Source: an uncultured Actinomycetota bacterium
GTDB taxonomy: Bacteria; Actinomycetota; UBA4738; HRBIN12
Direction of reading: 5' to 3'
DNA length: 64,000 nt
Assembly (NCBI GenBank): GCA_963788925.1
Contig: CAWBIH010000002.1
Location: forward strand, 503,752 to 567,751
How positions within the stretch are numbered: position 1 is the first letter of the stretch; each line of letters begins with the position of its first letter. The position numbers were made by a program, and so were the translations under genes. Below, in pieces: positions 10,307-19,844 of this stretch. The notes beneath the pieces are model-generated. The model was given only the letters and a program-made list of their open reading frames with translations. It ran no database searches and was not told the DNA's origin.

Positions 10307-11581
10307 TCAGCCCAAGAACCCGCTGGCCGCCCCGAGCACCATCTCGCGTTCTTCGTCCCCGAAGGCCGTGCAGAGCGTCCACAGCTCGTAGCCCGACGGC
10401 GGAAGGTACACGCCCCGTCCGAGCATGTGGTGGAAGAAGCGCGCGAACCGGTCATGGTCGGCCGCCTTCGCGTCGTCGAAGTTCCGGACCGGACCCTCCG
10501 CGAAGAACACGCTCAGGAGCGACCCGGCTCGGTTGATCGTCGCGTCGATCCCGTTCGTCTCGAACGCGAGCGCGAGGCCTGTCTGGAGATCCTCCGCCGT
10601 TGCTTCGAGCGCCGCGTACGGATCCCCGCTGTCGATCAGCTCGAGAGCGGCCAGGCCCGCCGCCACCGCGACCGGGTTCCCGCTGAGTGTGCCGGCCTGG
10701 TACACGGGCCCGACCGGAGCGAGCTGCTCCATCAGATCGCGCCGGCCGCCGAACGCAGCGCATGGGAACCCGCCGCCCATCACCTTGCCGAGAACGGTGA
10801 GGTCGGGCGTGATCCCGTAGCGCTCCTGGGCCCCGCCGCGCGCGATCCGGAATCCGGTGATCACTTCGTCGAAGATCAGGAGCGCGCCGTGGTCGTCGCA
10901 GAGGAGGCGGAGCCCTTCGAGGTACCCGTCTTCAGGTGGGATGACGCCCATGTTCGCGGGGACCGGCTCGACGATGAGCGCGGCGACCGTCCCTGCGTTC
11001 GCGTCGAAGAGAGACGCGATCTCGTCGAGGTCGTTGAACGGCGCGACCAGGGTGTCGCGCGCGGCGCCGGCGGTAACACCGGGCGTGCTCGGGATCCCGA
11101 AGGTCGCGAGCCCGCTGCCGGCGCCGCGCGCGAGCAACGCGTCGGAATGACCGTGGTAGCAACCCTCGAGCTTGATCAGGGTGTCCTTGCCGGTTGCGGC
11201 GCGAGCGAGCCGGATCGCGGACATCGCCGCCTCGGTTCCGGAGGAGACGAGCCGCACCTGTTCGACCGAGGGCACCATCGAGACGATCTTCTCCGCGAGC
11301 TGAACCTCCGCCTCGGTGGGGACGCCGAATGAGGTCCCTCGCGAGGCCGCCTCGATGGCAGCCTCGACGACCTCTTTCCGGGCGTGGCCGAACAGCAGCG
11401 CTCCCCACGACTGGCAGAGATCGACATACCGGGTGCCATCGGCGTCGTGGAGGTAGGCGCCGTCGCCGCGAACGGCGAATCGAGGTGTGCCCCCGACCGC
11501 ACCGAACGCGCGGACCGGAGAGTTCACGCCCCCAGGGATCGTTCGCTTCGCTCGCTCGAACAGCTCCTCGGACCGGGTCAC
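10307..11581 (-). CDS. hemL: glutamate-1-semialdehyde 2,1-aminomutase
   Basis: 424 aa class-III aminotransferase. N-terminus MTRSEELFERAKRTIPGGVNSPVRAF is the HemL signature. Confidence 0.9.
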   Translation of the reverse strand: MTRSEELFERAKRTIPGGVNSPVRAFGAVGGTPRFAVRGDGAYLHDADGTRYVDLCQSWGALLFGHARKEVVEAAIEAASRGTSFGVPTEAEVQLAEKIVSMVPSVEQVRLVSSGTEAAMSAIRLARAATGKDTLIKLEGCYHGHSDALLARGAGSGLATFGIPSTPGVTAGAARDTLVAPFNDLDEIASLFDANAGTVAALIVEPVPANMGVIPPEDGYLEGLRLLCDDHGALLIFDEVITGFRIARGGAQERYGITPDLTVLGKVMGGGFPCAAFGGRRDLMEQLAPVGPVYQAGTLSGNPVAVAAGLAALELIDSGDPYAALEATAEDLQTGLALAFETNGIDATINRAGSLLSVFFAEGPVRNFDDAKAADHDRFARFFHHMLGRGVYLPPSGYELWTLCTAFGDEEREMVLGAASGFLG

Positions 11582-11617
11582 GGCCGGTCAGTCTATGGAT
11601 GCCGGAGCTGTGGTTGG

Positions 11618-12559
11618 ATGCGGGCCGTGACCGTCGGCCCCGAAGACATCAGCGCCGCCGCTGAGCGGATCGCCGGCCGGGTACGACGGACACCCGTCCT
11701 CGAGCTCGGAGAGATGAACGGCGCCTCGATCGTCGCGAAGCTCGAGCTGCTCCAGCACACCGGCTCGTTCAAGCCCCGCGGTGCGTTCAACAAGCTCCTG
11801 TCGAGCGACGTGCCGCCGGCCGGCGTGATCGCCGCTTCCGGCGGCAACTTCGGTCTCGCGGTCGCCTACGCTGCCCGGGAGACCGGCGTGCCCGCGGAGA
11901 TCTTCATCCCGTCGAGCTCCCCGCAGACGAAGATCGATCGAGTGCGCTCGCATGGTGCCGCCGTCACGATCGTCGAGGGGTACTTCGCGGAGGCGAACGA
12001 CGCGTTGGGAACGCGAGCGGCGGAGACCGGCGCGCTGCTGATGCACCCGTTCGACCAGCCCGAGGTGATCGCCGGTCAGGGGACGATCGGGATCGAGATC
12101 GAAGAACAGGTGCCCGACGTCGACACAGTGCTGATGGGAGTCGGCGGCGGAGGGCCCCTCGCGGGGATCGCGGCTTGGTGCGGGGACCGCGTCCGTGTGG
12201 TCGGCGTGGAACCGGAGGGCTGCGCGTCGATGACCGCGGCGCTCGCGGCCGGTCAACCCGTGACGGTCCCGGTGGGTGGGCTCGCCTCGGACTCGCTCGG
12301 CGCCGCACGGGTCGGCGCCAACACGTTTCCGATCGTCCGAGATCGCGTGGAGCGCATGGTCCTCGTCACGGAGGACCAGATCCGGGACGCACAACGGGCT
12401 CTGTGGGAAGACGTGCGCTTGATCGTCGAGCCGGGGGGTGCCGCGGCCTTCGCCGCGCTCCGGTCCGGCGTCTGTCCGGTGTCGCTCGGGGAGCGTGTGT
12501 GTGTCGTGCTGTCGGGTGGGAACTGCGATCCCGCGACGGTCACCCCATACCGTTCCTGA
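11618..12559 (+). CDS. threonine/serine dehydratase (PLP-dependent, fold type II)
   Basis: Contains the SFKPRG lysine motif and a glycine-rich PLP loop (SGGNFG). About 313 aa short-form IlvA/SdaA-like. The ORF-track N-terminal extension is rejected; the ATG at 11618 is chosen. Confidence 0.75.
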   Translation: MRAVTVGPEDISAAAERIAGRVRRTPVLELGEMNGASIVAKLELLQHTGSFKPRGAFNKLLSSDVPPAGVIAASGGNFGLAVAYAARETGVPAEIFIPSSSPQTKIDRVRSHGAAVTIVEGYFAEANDALGTRAAETGALLMHPFDQPEVIAGQGTIGIEIEEQVPDVDTVLMGVGGGGPLAGIAAWCGDRVRVVGVEPEGCASMTAALAAGQPVTVPVGGLASDSLGAARVGANTFPIVRDRVERMVLVTEDQIRDAQRALWEDVRLIVEPGGAAAFAALRSGVCPVSLGERVCVVLSGGNCDPATVTPYRS

Positions 12560-12675
12560 GGTGGCGCGAGTCAGAGGCCGTGGCGTCCGCTCAGCCGATA
12601 CCACCGTTGGTATGGATCAGGGGTGAGGACATCCGCGTGCCCGGTACATACCGGAAAGGAGATGACCCGCGCGAG

Positions 12676-13230
12676 TCAAGGATCCTTCGCGTTCACCAGC
12701 TCCGCGAGCTTCGTCGTCGTGTTCCAGTTCCGGATCGTCATCTGCTGATAGATCGGCAGCCCCACGACCCGGTTCAAGCGGCTCGACGTCGCCCGGCTCG
12801 TCAGTCGCGAGAAGTACAGGACGCCATTGGCCGCCCAACCACGATCGACGCCCTCCTTCATCGACAGGCTCTTCAGGGCGGTCTTCGCCGTGAGCGGCGG
12901 CTTGAGGAAGATCACGTCGTAGCGGTACCGGTCAGGCTGCGTGCCGAACCCCTTCGGAGCGCGATCGACGACCGACCGCATCTGACTCCTGCTGCGGAGC
13001 ACGAGGCTCGCTTCGTAGTGGGCGAACGCGGTTGAGATCATCCGCTCGATCTCACGGGTCAGCGCGGCCTGGCTCGATGTCGGCGTCGAGAACACGACGT
13101 TGCCGCTCTGGATGTAGGTCCGTACCTCGTCGAAACCGTGTTTCTCGAAGGCCGCTTTCAGCGCCGGCATCGGGATCGCGTTCTTGCCCCCGACGTTGAT
13201 CCCGCGAAGGAGTGCGACGTAGCGCGCCAT
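12676..13230 (-). CDS. DUF1697-family protein
   Basis: N-terminal MARYVALLRGINVGGKN is the DUF1697 hallmark. Confidence 0.7.
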   Translation of the reverse strand: MARYVALLRGINVGGKNAIPMPALKAAFEKHGFDEVRTYIQSGNVVFSTPTSSQAALTREIERMISTAFAHYEASLVLRSRSQMRSVVDRAPKGFGTQPDRYRYDVIFLKPPLTAKTALKSLSMKEGVDRGWAANGVLYFSRLTSRATSSRLNRVVGLPIYQQMTIRNWNTTTKLAELVNAKDP

Positions 13231-13240
13231 GTGGAGCGGC

Positions 13241-14221
13241 TCAGCCGCGGAGCCAGTCCGCGGCGTCCTTCGCGTGATAGGTAAGGATCAGGTCGGCGCC
13301 GGCGCGCCGGATCGACGTGAGCAGTTCCAACACCACGCGACGCTCGTCGAGCCAGCCGTTCGCGACCGCGGCTTTCACCATCGCGTACTCGCCGCTCACG
13401 TGATACGCAGCCATCGGGAAGCGGGTCTCGTCCTTCGCGCGCCGGATCACGTCGAGGTAGGGGAGCGCCGGCTTCACCATCACGATGTCGGCGCCTTCCT
13501 CGATGTCGGTCCGGATCTCGCGAAGCGCCTCGTCCAGGTTCGCGGGATCCTGCTGATAGCCGGTTCGATCGCCGAATCGCGGCGCGCCCTCCGCGGCCTC
13601 GCGGAACGGCCCGTAGAGCGCAGACGCGAACTTCGCCGCATACGCGATGATCCCGACGCCCTGATTGTCGCTCTCGTCGAGCGCCGTCCGGATCGCGCCC
13701 ACCTGTCCGTCCATCATCCCGCTCGGCCCGACCAGATGGACGCCAGCGTTCGCCTGCGCGATGGCGATCCGCTGATAGAGCTCGACGGTGGCGTCGTTCT
13801 CGACCTCGCCGAGATCGTTCAGCACGCCGCAGTGGCCGTGGTCGGTGTACTCGTCGAGGCAGAGGTCGCCGATCACGACCGCCTCGTCACCGAACTCCGT
13901 TCGAAGCGCTGCGATCGCCTGCTGCCCGATCCCGTCGGCGTTCCATGCCTCGGAGCCTTCCGGATCCTTCCGCGCCGGGACGGCGAAGAGGATGAACGCC
14001 CGCACGCCCCGCTCCGCGATCTCGACGGCTTCCTTCCGAAGCGACTCCAGGGTGTGTTGCGACTGGCCCGGCATCGACCCGATCGGCGCCGGCTCGCTCA
14101 ACTCTTCCTTGACGAACAAGGGCGCGATCAGGTCGTCCGGTCGAACGTCCGTCTCACGGATCAGCGAACGGAGCGCGGGCGTGCGGCGCATGCGCCTCGG
14201 CCTCGAATCAGGGAAGCTCAC
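13241..14221 (-). CDS. hemB: porphobilinogen synthase (delta-aminolevulinic acid dehydratase)
   Basis: 326 aa. RPRRMRR N-terminal arm, active-site lysine regions (IAYAAKFAS, MVKPA). Confidence 0.9.
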   Translation of the reverse strand: MSFPDSRPRRMRRTPALRSLIRETDVRPDDLIAPLFVKEELSEPAPIGSMPGQSQHTLESLRKEAVEIAERGVRAFILFAVPARKDPEGSEAWNADGIGQQAIAALRTEFGDEAVVIGDLCLDEYTDHGHCGVLNDLGEVENDATVELYQRIAIAQANAGVHLVGPSGMMDGQVGAIRTALDESDNQGVGIIAYAAKFASALYGPFREAAEGAPRFGDRTGYQQDPANLDEALREIRTDIEEGADIVMVKPALPYLDVIRRAKDETRFPMAAYHVSGEYAMVKAAVANGWLDERRVVLELLTSIRRAGADLILTYHAKDAADWLRG

Positions 14222-14267
14222 GGGCCAGAGCGTACCTCGACCGAAGAGACAGAAAGGGAGTCCGCGG

Positions 14268-15458
14268 ATGGAGCCGAAGAAGCGATGGGACGGCTACGTG
14301 TCCTTCTCATACCTGGAGCCCGGAGTCGACTACAAGGAGTTCGAGCTCTCACCGCAGCTCGGTCGCGTGGAACCGTTCGTCTACCCGCTCTCCGACACGG
14401 ACGGTGAGCGCGCCGAGCGGTTGCTCCGCGAGTGCGTCTGCATCTCGCTGCACGACCACTGCGGGATCACCCCGGTGGACATGTCGCAGAACGACGACTA
14501 CGTGCGCGAGGGGCGCGAGTGGTACGGCTACGAGGGCCTCGCCGCGTCGGGTCTCGACGCGGTCTTCGAGAACTTCCTCGACGGCACGGCGACGATCACG
14601 TCGAAGGCGGGCTGGAAATGGACGGATGCGATCCACGACCTCGGGATGCATCTCGCCGACGTGGCGCACCAGTCGACGGTGGTGGTGGGGGGCACGGTGG
14701 GCGACATCGAGGAGGCACACCGGAGCGGCCGGATCGCGATGGTGCCCTGCATGGAGGGCGCGGCGATGATCGAGAACGAACTCGACCGGCTCGACGTCCT
14801 CTTCGGCCTCGGCGTCCGGATGTGCGGGATCGCGTATAGCGAGTCGAACCAGCTCGGCGGCGGCGTGAAGGATCCGGGTGACGGCGGCCTCACCCGCTTC
14901 GGCCTCGACGCCGTTCGCCGCATGAACCGGTTGGGGATGGCGATCGACCTCTCGCACACCGGCGACGAGACCGCCCGGCAGACGTGCGAGGTGAGCGAGC
15001 GGCCGGTGTTCCTCTCGCATTCGGGCGCGCGGGCGCTGTTCGCCGAGCGGAAGCTGAAGGCCGACGACCTGCTGAAGGCCGTGGCGGCGACCGGTGGCGT
15101 GATCGGGATCGAGGCCTCGCCGCACACGACGATCTCGCCGGAGCATCCGCAACACTCGCTCGAGTCCGTGATGGATCACTTCGAGTACTGCGTGGACGTG
15201 ATGGGGATCGAGCATGTCGGGTTCGGCCCGGACACCTTCTTCGGCGATCACGTCGGACTGCACGTCCAGTACGCGGGCAACCTCGACACCGGCGAGGTCG
15301 GCGAGTTCGAACCGGTCGCGTACGTCGAGGGACTCGAGAACCCGTCCGAGTTCCCGAACGTGATCCGCTGGCTCGTCGCGCGCGGCTACTCGGACGAGCA
15401 GATCGCCAAGGTCGTCGGTGGGAACGCGCTCCGGGCGTTGCGCGAGGTCTGGGTCTAG
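14268..15458 (+). CDS. membrane dipeptidase (peptidase family M19)
   Basis: M19 motifs (LHDHCG, GIAYSESN, IDLSH, HVGFGPD). RBS AAAGGGAG upstream of the ATG at 14268. The ORF-track upstream extension is rejected. Confidence 0.85.
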   Translation: MEPKKRWDGYVSFSYLEPGVDYKEFELSPQLGRVEPFVYPLSDTDGERAERLLRECVCISLHDHCGITPVDMSQNDDYVREGREWYGYEGLAASGLDAVFENFLDGTATITSKAGWKWTDAIHDLGMHLADVAHQSTVVVGGTVGDIEEAHRSGRIAMVPCMEGAAMIENELDRLDVLFGLGVRMCGIAYSESNQLGGGVKDPGDGGLTRFGLDAVRRMNRLGMAIDLSHTGDETARQTCEVSERPVFLSHSGARALFAERKLKADDLLKAVAATGGVIGIEASPHTTISPEHPQHSLESVMDHFEYCVDVMGIEHVGFGPDTFFGDHVGLHVQYAGNLDTGEVGEFEPVAYVEGLENPSEFPNVIRWLVARGYSDEQIAKVVGGNALRALREVWV

Positions 15459-16210
15459 GACCCACCAGAAGGGAGCGCCCGCTCGAGAGCCGCGACGATG
15501 CCCTCCAGCGTGTGCGGCTTCGCAACCGCGGCGGGGCGCAGACCCGCGGTGCGAGCTGCGGCAGCCGTGACGGGGCCGATGCAGACGACCTTGGGTGTCC
15601 CCTTCGCGGCGCCGAGCGCGTTGGTGAAGCCTCGGACCGTGGACGCGCTCGTGAACGTCACCGCATCGACGTCCCCTCGACGGAAGGCATCGCGGGCCTC
15701 GCGCGGGAGCGAGGTCGCGAAGACGGTTCGGTAGGCGTCGACGCGCACGGTCTCCCAGCCTTTCCTCTCGAGCGCGGCCTCGAGTCCCTCGGGCGCGATG
15801 TCGGCGCGGGCGCAGAGGACGCGGCCCGACCCGCGCGGGAACGCCCGAGCGAGGGTCGCGGTCGTGAAGGTCGTCGGCTGCAGGTCCGGATCCCGATGAG
15901 CCCAACGGCGGAAGGCGGCCGCCGTCCCCTCACCGATCACGGCGACCTTCGCTCGCACGTCGCGCGGTGATGCGAGTCGCTCACGCAGCACCTCGACGGT
16001 CGCGGCGCTGGTCAGGGTGATCCAGTCGAACCGCCCGGCGGCGAGCTCCTTCAGCGCCGCCGTGAGCGCCGCGGAGCGCGCGGGCATCAGACGGATCGTC
16101 GGCGCGACCAGGACGCGCGCTCCGCGGCGCTCGAGCTCCCGCACCAGCGGCGCGGCCTGCTCGGCCGGGCGCGTGACGAGGATCGTCCGCCCGGCGAGGG
16201 TTCGCTTCAC
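15455..16210 (-). CDS. hemD: uroporphyrinogen-III synthase
   Basis: HemD-like, about 250 aa (ILVTRP...). The GTG start chosen at 16210 overlaps the hemC stop in a GTGA arrangement. The ORF-track extension, which overlaps hemC, is rejected. Confidence 0.75.
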   Translation of the reverse strand: MKRTLAGRTILVTRPAEQAAPLVRELERRGARVLVAPTIRLMPARSAALTAALKELAAGRFDWITLTSAATVEVLRERLASPRDVRAKVAVIGEGTAAAFRRWAHRDPDLQPTTFTTATLARAFPRGSGRVLCARADIAPEGLEAALERKGWETVRVDAYRTVFATSLPREARDAFRRGDVDAVTFTSASTVRGFTNALGAAKGTPKVVCIGPVTAAAARTAGLRPAAVAKPHTLEGIVAALERALPSGGS

Positions 16211-17103
16211 CCCTGTAGCTCCGCCAGGATCCTGTCCGCGCCCTCGGCGCGCAGCCGTTGCGCGAGCGTCGATGCGGCGACGACCGGGTCCGTGCTCTCG
16301 ACCGCCGTGCGGATGACCTTCGCGCCGTCGGCCGTGGCGACGAGCCCCACCATCCTGATCCGATCGCCCTTCACGGCCGCGAGCGCTCCGAGCGGAAGGT
16401 CGCATCCGCCCCCGAGGAGCTGCACGAGGGTCCGCTCGGCCTCGAGTGCCCGCCGCGAACCGAGATGGTCCATGACCGAGACGACCGCCCGCGTGGTCCG
16501 GTCGTCTTCGCGCACCTGTACGGCCAGACAGCCCTGCCCGGGTGCCGGCACCATCTCGTCGACGCGAAGACGGCGAGCGTGCGGTGGATCGACGCCGAGC
16601 CGCGCGAGCCCTGCCGCCGCGAGCACGAGTCCGTCCACCTCGCCTTCCGCCAGCTTCCGCAGCCTCGTGTCCACGTTCCCGCGGATCTCGGTGACGCCCA
16701 TCCCCGGGAACCCGGCGAGGAGCTGCGCGCGGCGGCGGATGCTCGAGGTCCCCACCACCATCCCCGGCTGAAGCCTCTCGTCGCGCCCGATCAGGATGTC
16801 CAGGGGGTCCGCCCGCTTCGGCACGGCGCCGATCACGATGCCCTCCTCGTCATCGGAGGGCAGGTCCTTCGCGGAGTGCACCGCGATGTCCACCTCTCCC
16901 GTTCGAAGCGCCTCGACGATCCGGTCAACCCAGAGGCCCTTCATGCCCATCGGTGATTCGGCCGACGTCACCCCTTCGTCCCCGGACGTCGACATCGGGA
17001 CGATCTCCGAGCGGAATGCGCTCGCGGAGAGCAGGGTCGCGATCTCCTCGGCCTGCGCGAGCGCGAGGGCCGAGCGTCGCGTCGCGATCCGGAGGGTGGT
17101 CAC
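16207..17103 (-). CDS. hemC: porphobilinogen deaminase (hydroxymethylbilane synthase)
   Basis: 298 aa. MTTLRIATRRSALALAQ N-terminus and the dipyrromethane-cofactor cysteine region (GGGCDLPLGA). Confidence 0.9.
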   Translation of the reverse strand: MTTLRIATRRSALALAQAEEIATLLSASAFRSEIVPMSTSGDEGVTSAESPMGMKGLWVDRIVEALRTGEVDIAVHSAKDLPSDDEEGIVIGAVPKRADPLDILIGRDERLQPGMVVGTSSIRRRAQLLAGFPGMGVTEIRGNVDTRLRKLAEGEVDGLVLAAAGLARLGVDPPHARRLRVDEMVPAPGQGCLAVQVREDDRTTRAVVSVMDHLGSRRALEAERTLVQLLGGGCDLPLGALAAVKGDRIRMVGLVATADGAKVIRTAVESTDPVVAASTLAQRLRAEGADRILAELQG

Positions 17104-18371
17104 TCCCCGTCGAGAAGGGAAGGGTCGAGGCCGAGGAGCTCGGCGAGCAGCTTCGCGTGCGTCCGGCCGGAGCCGGGCTCCGATCGCTCCTTCAGCGCGA
17201 CGATCGGATCGTGGAGAAGCTTCGCGACGATGCCACGTGCGAGCGCCTCCACGGCGGCGCGTTCGTCCGGCGTGAGGTCGTGCAACCGTCCCGCCTGGCG
17301 TTCGAGCTCGCCCTGCAGGACCGCGTCGCCGCGGCGACGGAGCGCGCGGATCAGCGGAGCCAGTTCGTCGCCGCGGCGACGGACGACGAACCGGCGGACC
17401 TCCTCCGACACGATCTCGCGGGCCCGCGCGATCGCGTCCTCCTCGGCAGCCGAACCGCGATCGCGCAGCGCGTCCACGTCGATCAGCGTCACGCCGGGGA
17501 GCGAGCCGGCGTCGGGCTCGATGTCGCGGGGCACGGCCATGTCGAGCAGGACGAGTGGTGCCGCCGAAGCCGGCCGTGCCGCTCGGACCACATCCGCGAA
17601 CACCACTGGCCCCGTCGCGCCGGTCGCCGACACCACGAGGTCGGCGTCGCGAAGCACCGTCGGGAGCGCGTCCAGGTCGTCGTGATCGGCGTCGGTCCGT
17701 TCGGCGAGTGCACGCGCATGTGGCACCGAGCGGTTGAGGATCTGCATGGATCCGACGCCTCGCTGCCGGAGGTGCTTCACGGCGAGCGAGGCCATCGTGC
17801 CCGCGCCGATCACCACGACGGATCGACCGGCGAGACCTCCGAGCACCTCTTCAGCCAACGTCGCGCCGCGCCCGACGAACGCGTCGGGCGCGGCGCCGAG
17901 CGACGTCTCCTGACGGATCCGTCGCCCGGTGCGCGTCGCCGCATGGAACAGGCCTTTCAGCTGGGTGCCCGCGGCCTCTTCGTCGTCCGCGAGGCGAAGC
18001 GCCTCGCGAACCTGCGACTGGATCTGCGTCTCACCGAGGACCATCGAATCGAGCCCGCCGGCGACGGAGAAAAGATGCTCGATGGCGTCCCGCTCCCAAT
18101 GGGCGTAGAGGCCGTCGGCCAGCTGTTCCTCCGCGACGCCGCGCGTCTCGATCAACAAGCGCTTGAGCGCCAGGAACCCGGCGTGATAGCTCGCCACCGA
18201 TCCGTAGACCTCGACGCGATTGCAGGTCGAGAGCACGACGGCCTCATCGATCCCGTCCAGCTCACTGGCGTGCCGATACGCCTTCGCGAGGTCGCCATCG
18301 GTGAACGCGAGGCGCTCGAGCAAGTCGATCGGGGCGCGCCGGAAGGAGATCCCTAGGGCAAGGACGGCCAT
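17100..18371 (-). CDS. hemA: glutamyl-tRNA reductase
   Basis: 423 aa. LSTCNRVEVY active-site motif and NADPH-binding GAGTMASLAVKHL. Stop overlaps the hemC start. Confidence 0.9.
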   Translation of the reverse strand: MAVLALGISFRRAPIDLLERLAFTDGDLAKAYRHASELDGIDEAVVLSTCNRVEVYGSVASYHAGFLALKRLLIETRGVAEEQLADGLYAHWERDAIEHLFSVAGGLDSMVLGETQIQSQVREALRLADDEEAAGTQLKGLFHAATRTGRRIRQETSLGAAPDAFVGRGATLAEEVLGGLAGRSVVVIGAGTMASLAVKHLRQRGVGSMQILNRSVPHARALAERTDADHDDLDALPTVLRDADLVVSATGATGPVVFADVVRAARPASAAPLVLLDMAVPRDIEPDAGSLPGVTLIDVDALRDRGSAAEEDAIARAREIVSEEVRRFVVRRRGDELAPLIRALRRRGDAVLQGELERQAGRLHDLTPDERAAVEALARGIVAKLLHDPIVALKERSEPGSGRTHAKLLAELLGLDPSLLDGE

Positions 18372-18383
18372 GACCGGGGAATC

Positions 18384-19553
18384 CTACTCAGCCGCGGTCG
18401 GGAATCGACCGGGATCGAACGGCTCCGGGTCGAACGGGGCGTCGACCCCCAGCAGCTGCGCCGCCACGAGCTGTCCCGTGCCGGCGCCGAGGATCACTCC
18501 CTCGGACCCGTGGCCGGCGGCGATCGACAGGCCTTCCGCGACCCGCCCGACCAAAGGACGCTCATCGGGCGTCAACGGACGGATCCCCCACCACGCGGAG
18601 CGGACCTCCGCGTCGGCGAGCGCCGGCACCATCCGGATCGCGCCACGGACGATCCTGGCGGGCACCTCCGGCTCCTCGGCCTCGGGCGTGATGACAGGCT
18701 GTCGCGACGAGCCCGCGATCAGCGAGCCGTCGGTCGCCGGATGGAGCAGCGTCGAGGTCGCCGCCGACACCTCCCCCAGTCCCCCTGCTCGGACCGCTCC
18801 GTCCTCCCAGCGCCCGGTCGCCTCCTCCCACCCCACGGACGCCACGAGGTGTCGCAGCAGCCCCGGAGTCGGATCGAGCCGCACCAGCCAACCTCGAGCT
18901 CCGGTGATCGGGAGCCGAGCACCGATCGGGTCGAGGAGGGCGGAAGACCACGGTCCTGCTGCCACGACGACTTCATCCGCTCCGATGCGGCCCTCGTCGG
19001 TCACGACTCCGACGACCCGATCGCGATCTTCGAGCAGGGCGCGCACCGGTAGGTGGTGCCGCACGGTCGCGCCTCGCTCCGCGGCCATCAGGGCGAGCGC
19101 CACGGTCAGCGCCGCCGGCGCGAGACGGTGACCGTGGTAGACCAGCCATCCGCCGAGTACCTGCGAGGAGATCGCCGGCTCCAGCCGCAACACGTCTTCA
19201 GCCGCCAACCGATCCACTCGCACCCCGGCCGCCCGGTACGGCTCGTGCTCTTGTTCGCCGATCTGCATCTCCTCTTCGTCGAGGGCGGCGGCGACGAGTC
19301 CGATGGGCTCTGGGTCGAGCCGGAACGGGACCGGGCTTGCATCGGCGATGTCGAGGTAGCGAGCCAGGCTGTTCTTCGCCATCGGCAGGAGCGCGGGGTC
19401 GACCGGAGTGAGCCACAGGCCGTTGTTGCGGCCCGACGCCCCGGCGGCGAGCTCTTCCCGTTCGAGGAGCGTCACCGACGCACCTCGCTCCACAAGCTCG
19501 AAGGCGCACGCCGCGCCGATGATCCCGCCACCCACCACCACGACGTCCGGCAT
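18384..19553 (-). CDS. FAD-dependent oxidoreductase (DAO family; glycine oxidase / D-amino-acid oxidase-like)
   Basis: N-terminal dinucleotide-binding motif VVVVGGGIIGAACAFEL. DAO-family length (389 aa). Confidence 0.7.
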   Translation of the reverse strand: MPDVVVVGGGIIGAACAFELVERGASVTLLEREELAAGASGRNNGLWLTPVDPALLPMAKNSLARYLDIADASPVPFRLDPEPIGLVAAALDEEEMQIGEQEHEPYRAAGVRVDRLAAEDVLRLEPAISSQVLGGWLVYHGHRLAPAALTVALALMAAERGATVRHHLPVRALLEDRDRVVGVVTDEGRIGADEVVVAAGPWSSALLDPIGARLPITGARGWLVRLDPTPGLLRHLVASVGWEEATGRWEDGAVRAGGLGEVSAATSTLLHPATDGSLIAGSSRQPVITPEAEEPEVPARIVRGAIRMVPALADAEVRSAWWGIRPLTPDERPLVGRVAEGLSIAAGHGSEGVILGAGTGQLVAAQLLGVDAPFDPEPFDPGRFPTAAE

Positions 19554-19593
19554 GTCGGCCGGAGCCTAACGTCGGGCCTCTAGACTCGTTGCC

Positions 19594-19682
19594 GGAGACG
19601 TGGCTGAGTGGCCGAAAGCAGCCGCCTGCTAAGCGGTTAGGGGGGTAAAACTCCCTCGGAGGTTCGAATCCTCCCGTCTCCG
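19594..19682 (+). tRNA. tRNA-Ser (anticodon GCU)
   Basis: 89-nt cloverleaf folded by hand. 7-bp acceptor stem GGAGACG/CGTCTCC, anticodon loop CUGCUAA, long variable arm, T-loop GGTTCGAATCC. TAGACT -10-like hexamer about 10 nt upstream. Confidence 0.85.
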
Positions 19683-19844
19683 CGGGCGCTTCTCCGGAGA
19701 TACTGTTGCGCGCTGTGGCATCAAAACTCGCGCACCTTCCGTGCTGGATAGAGAGGGTTTGGGTGTCAGCGGTGGATTGATAACGCAACCCAGCCCCTCG
19801 ATAATCGAAGTCGCGGGCCGTTCGGGCCCCGCCCGAGGGAGACC

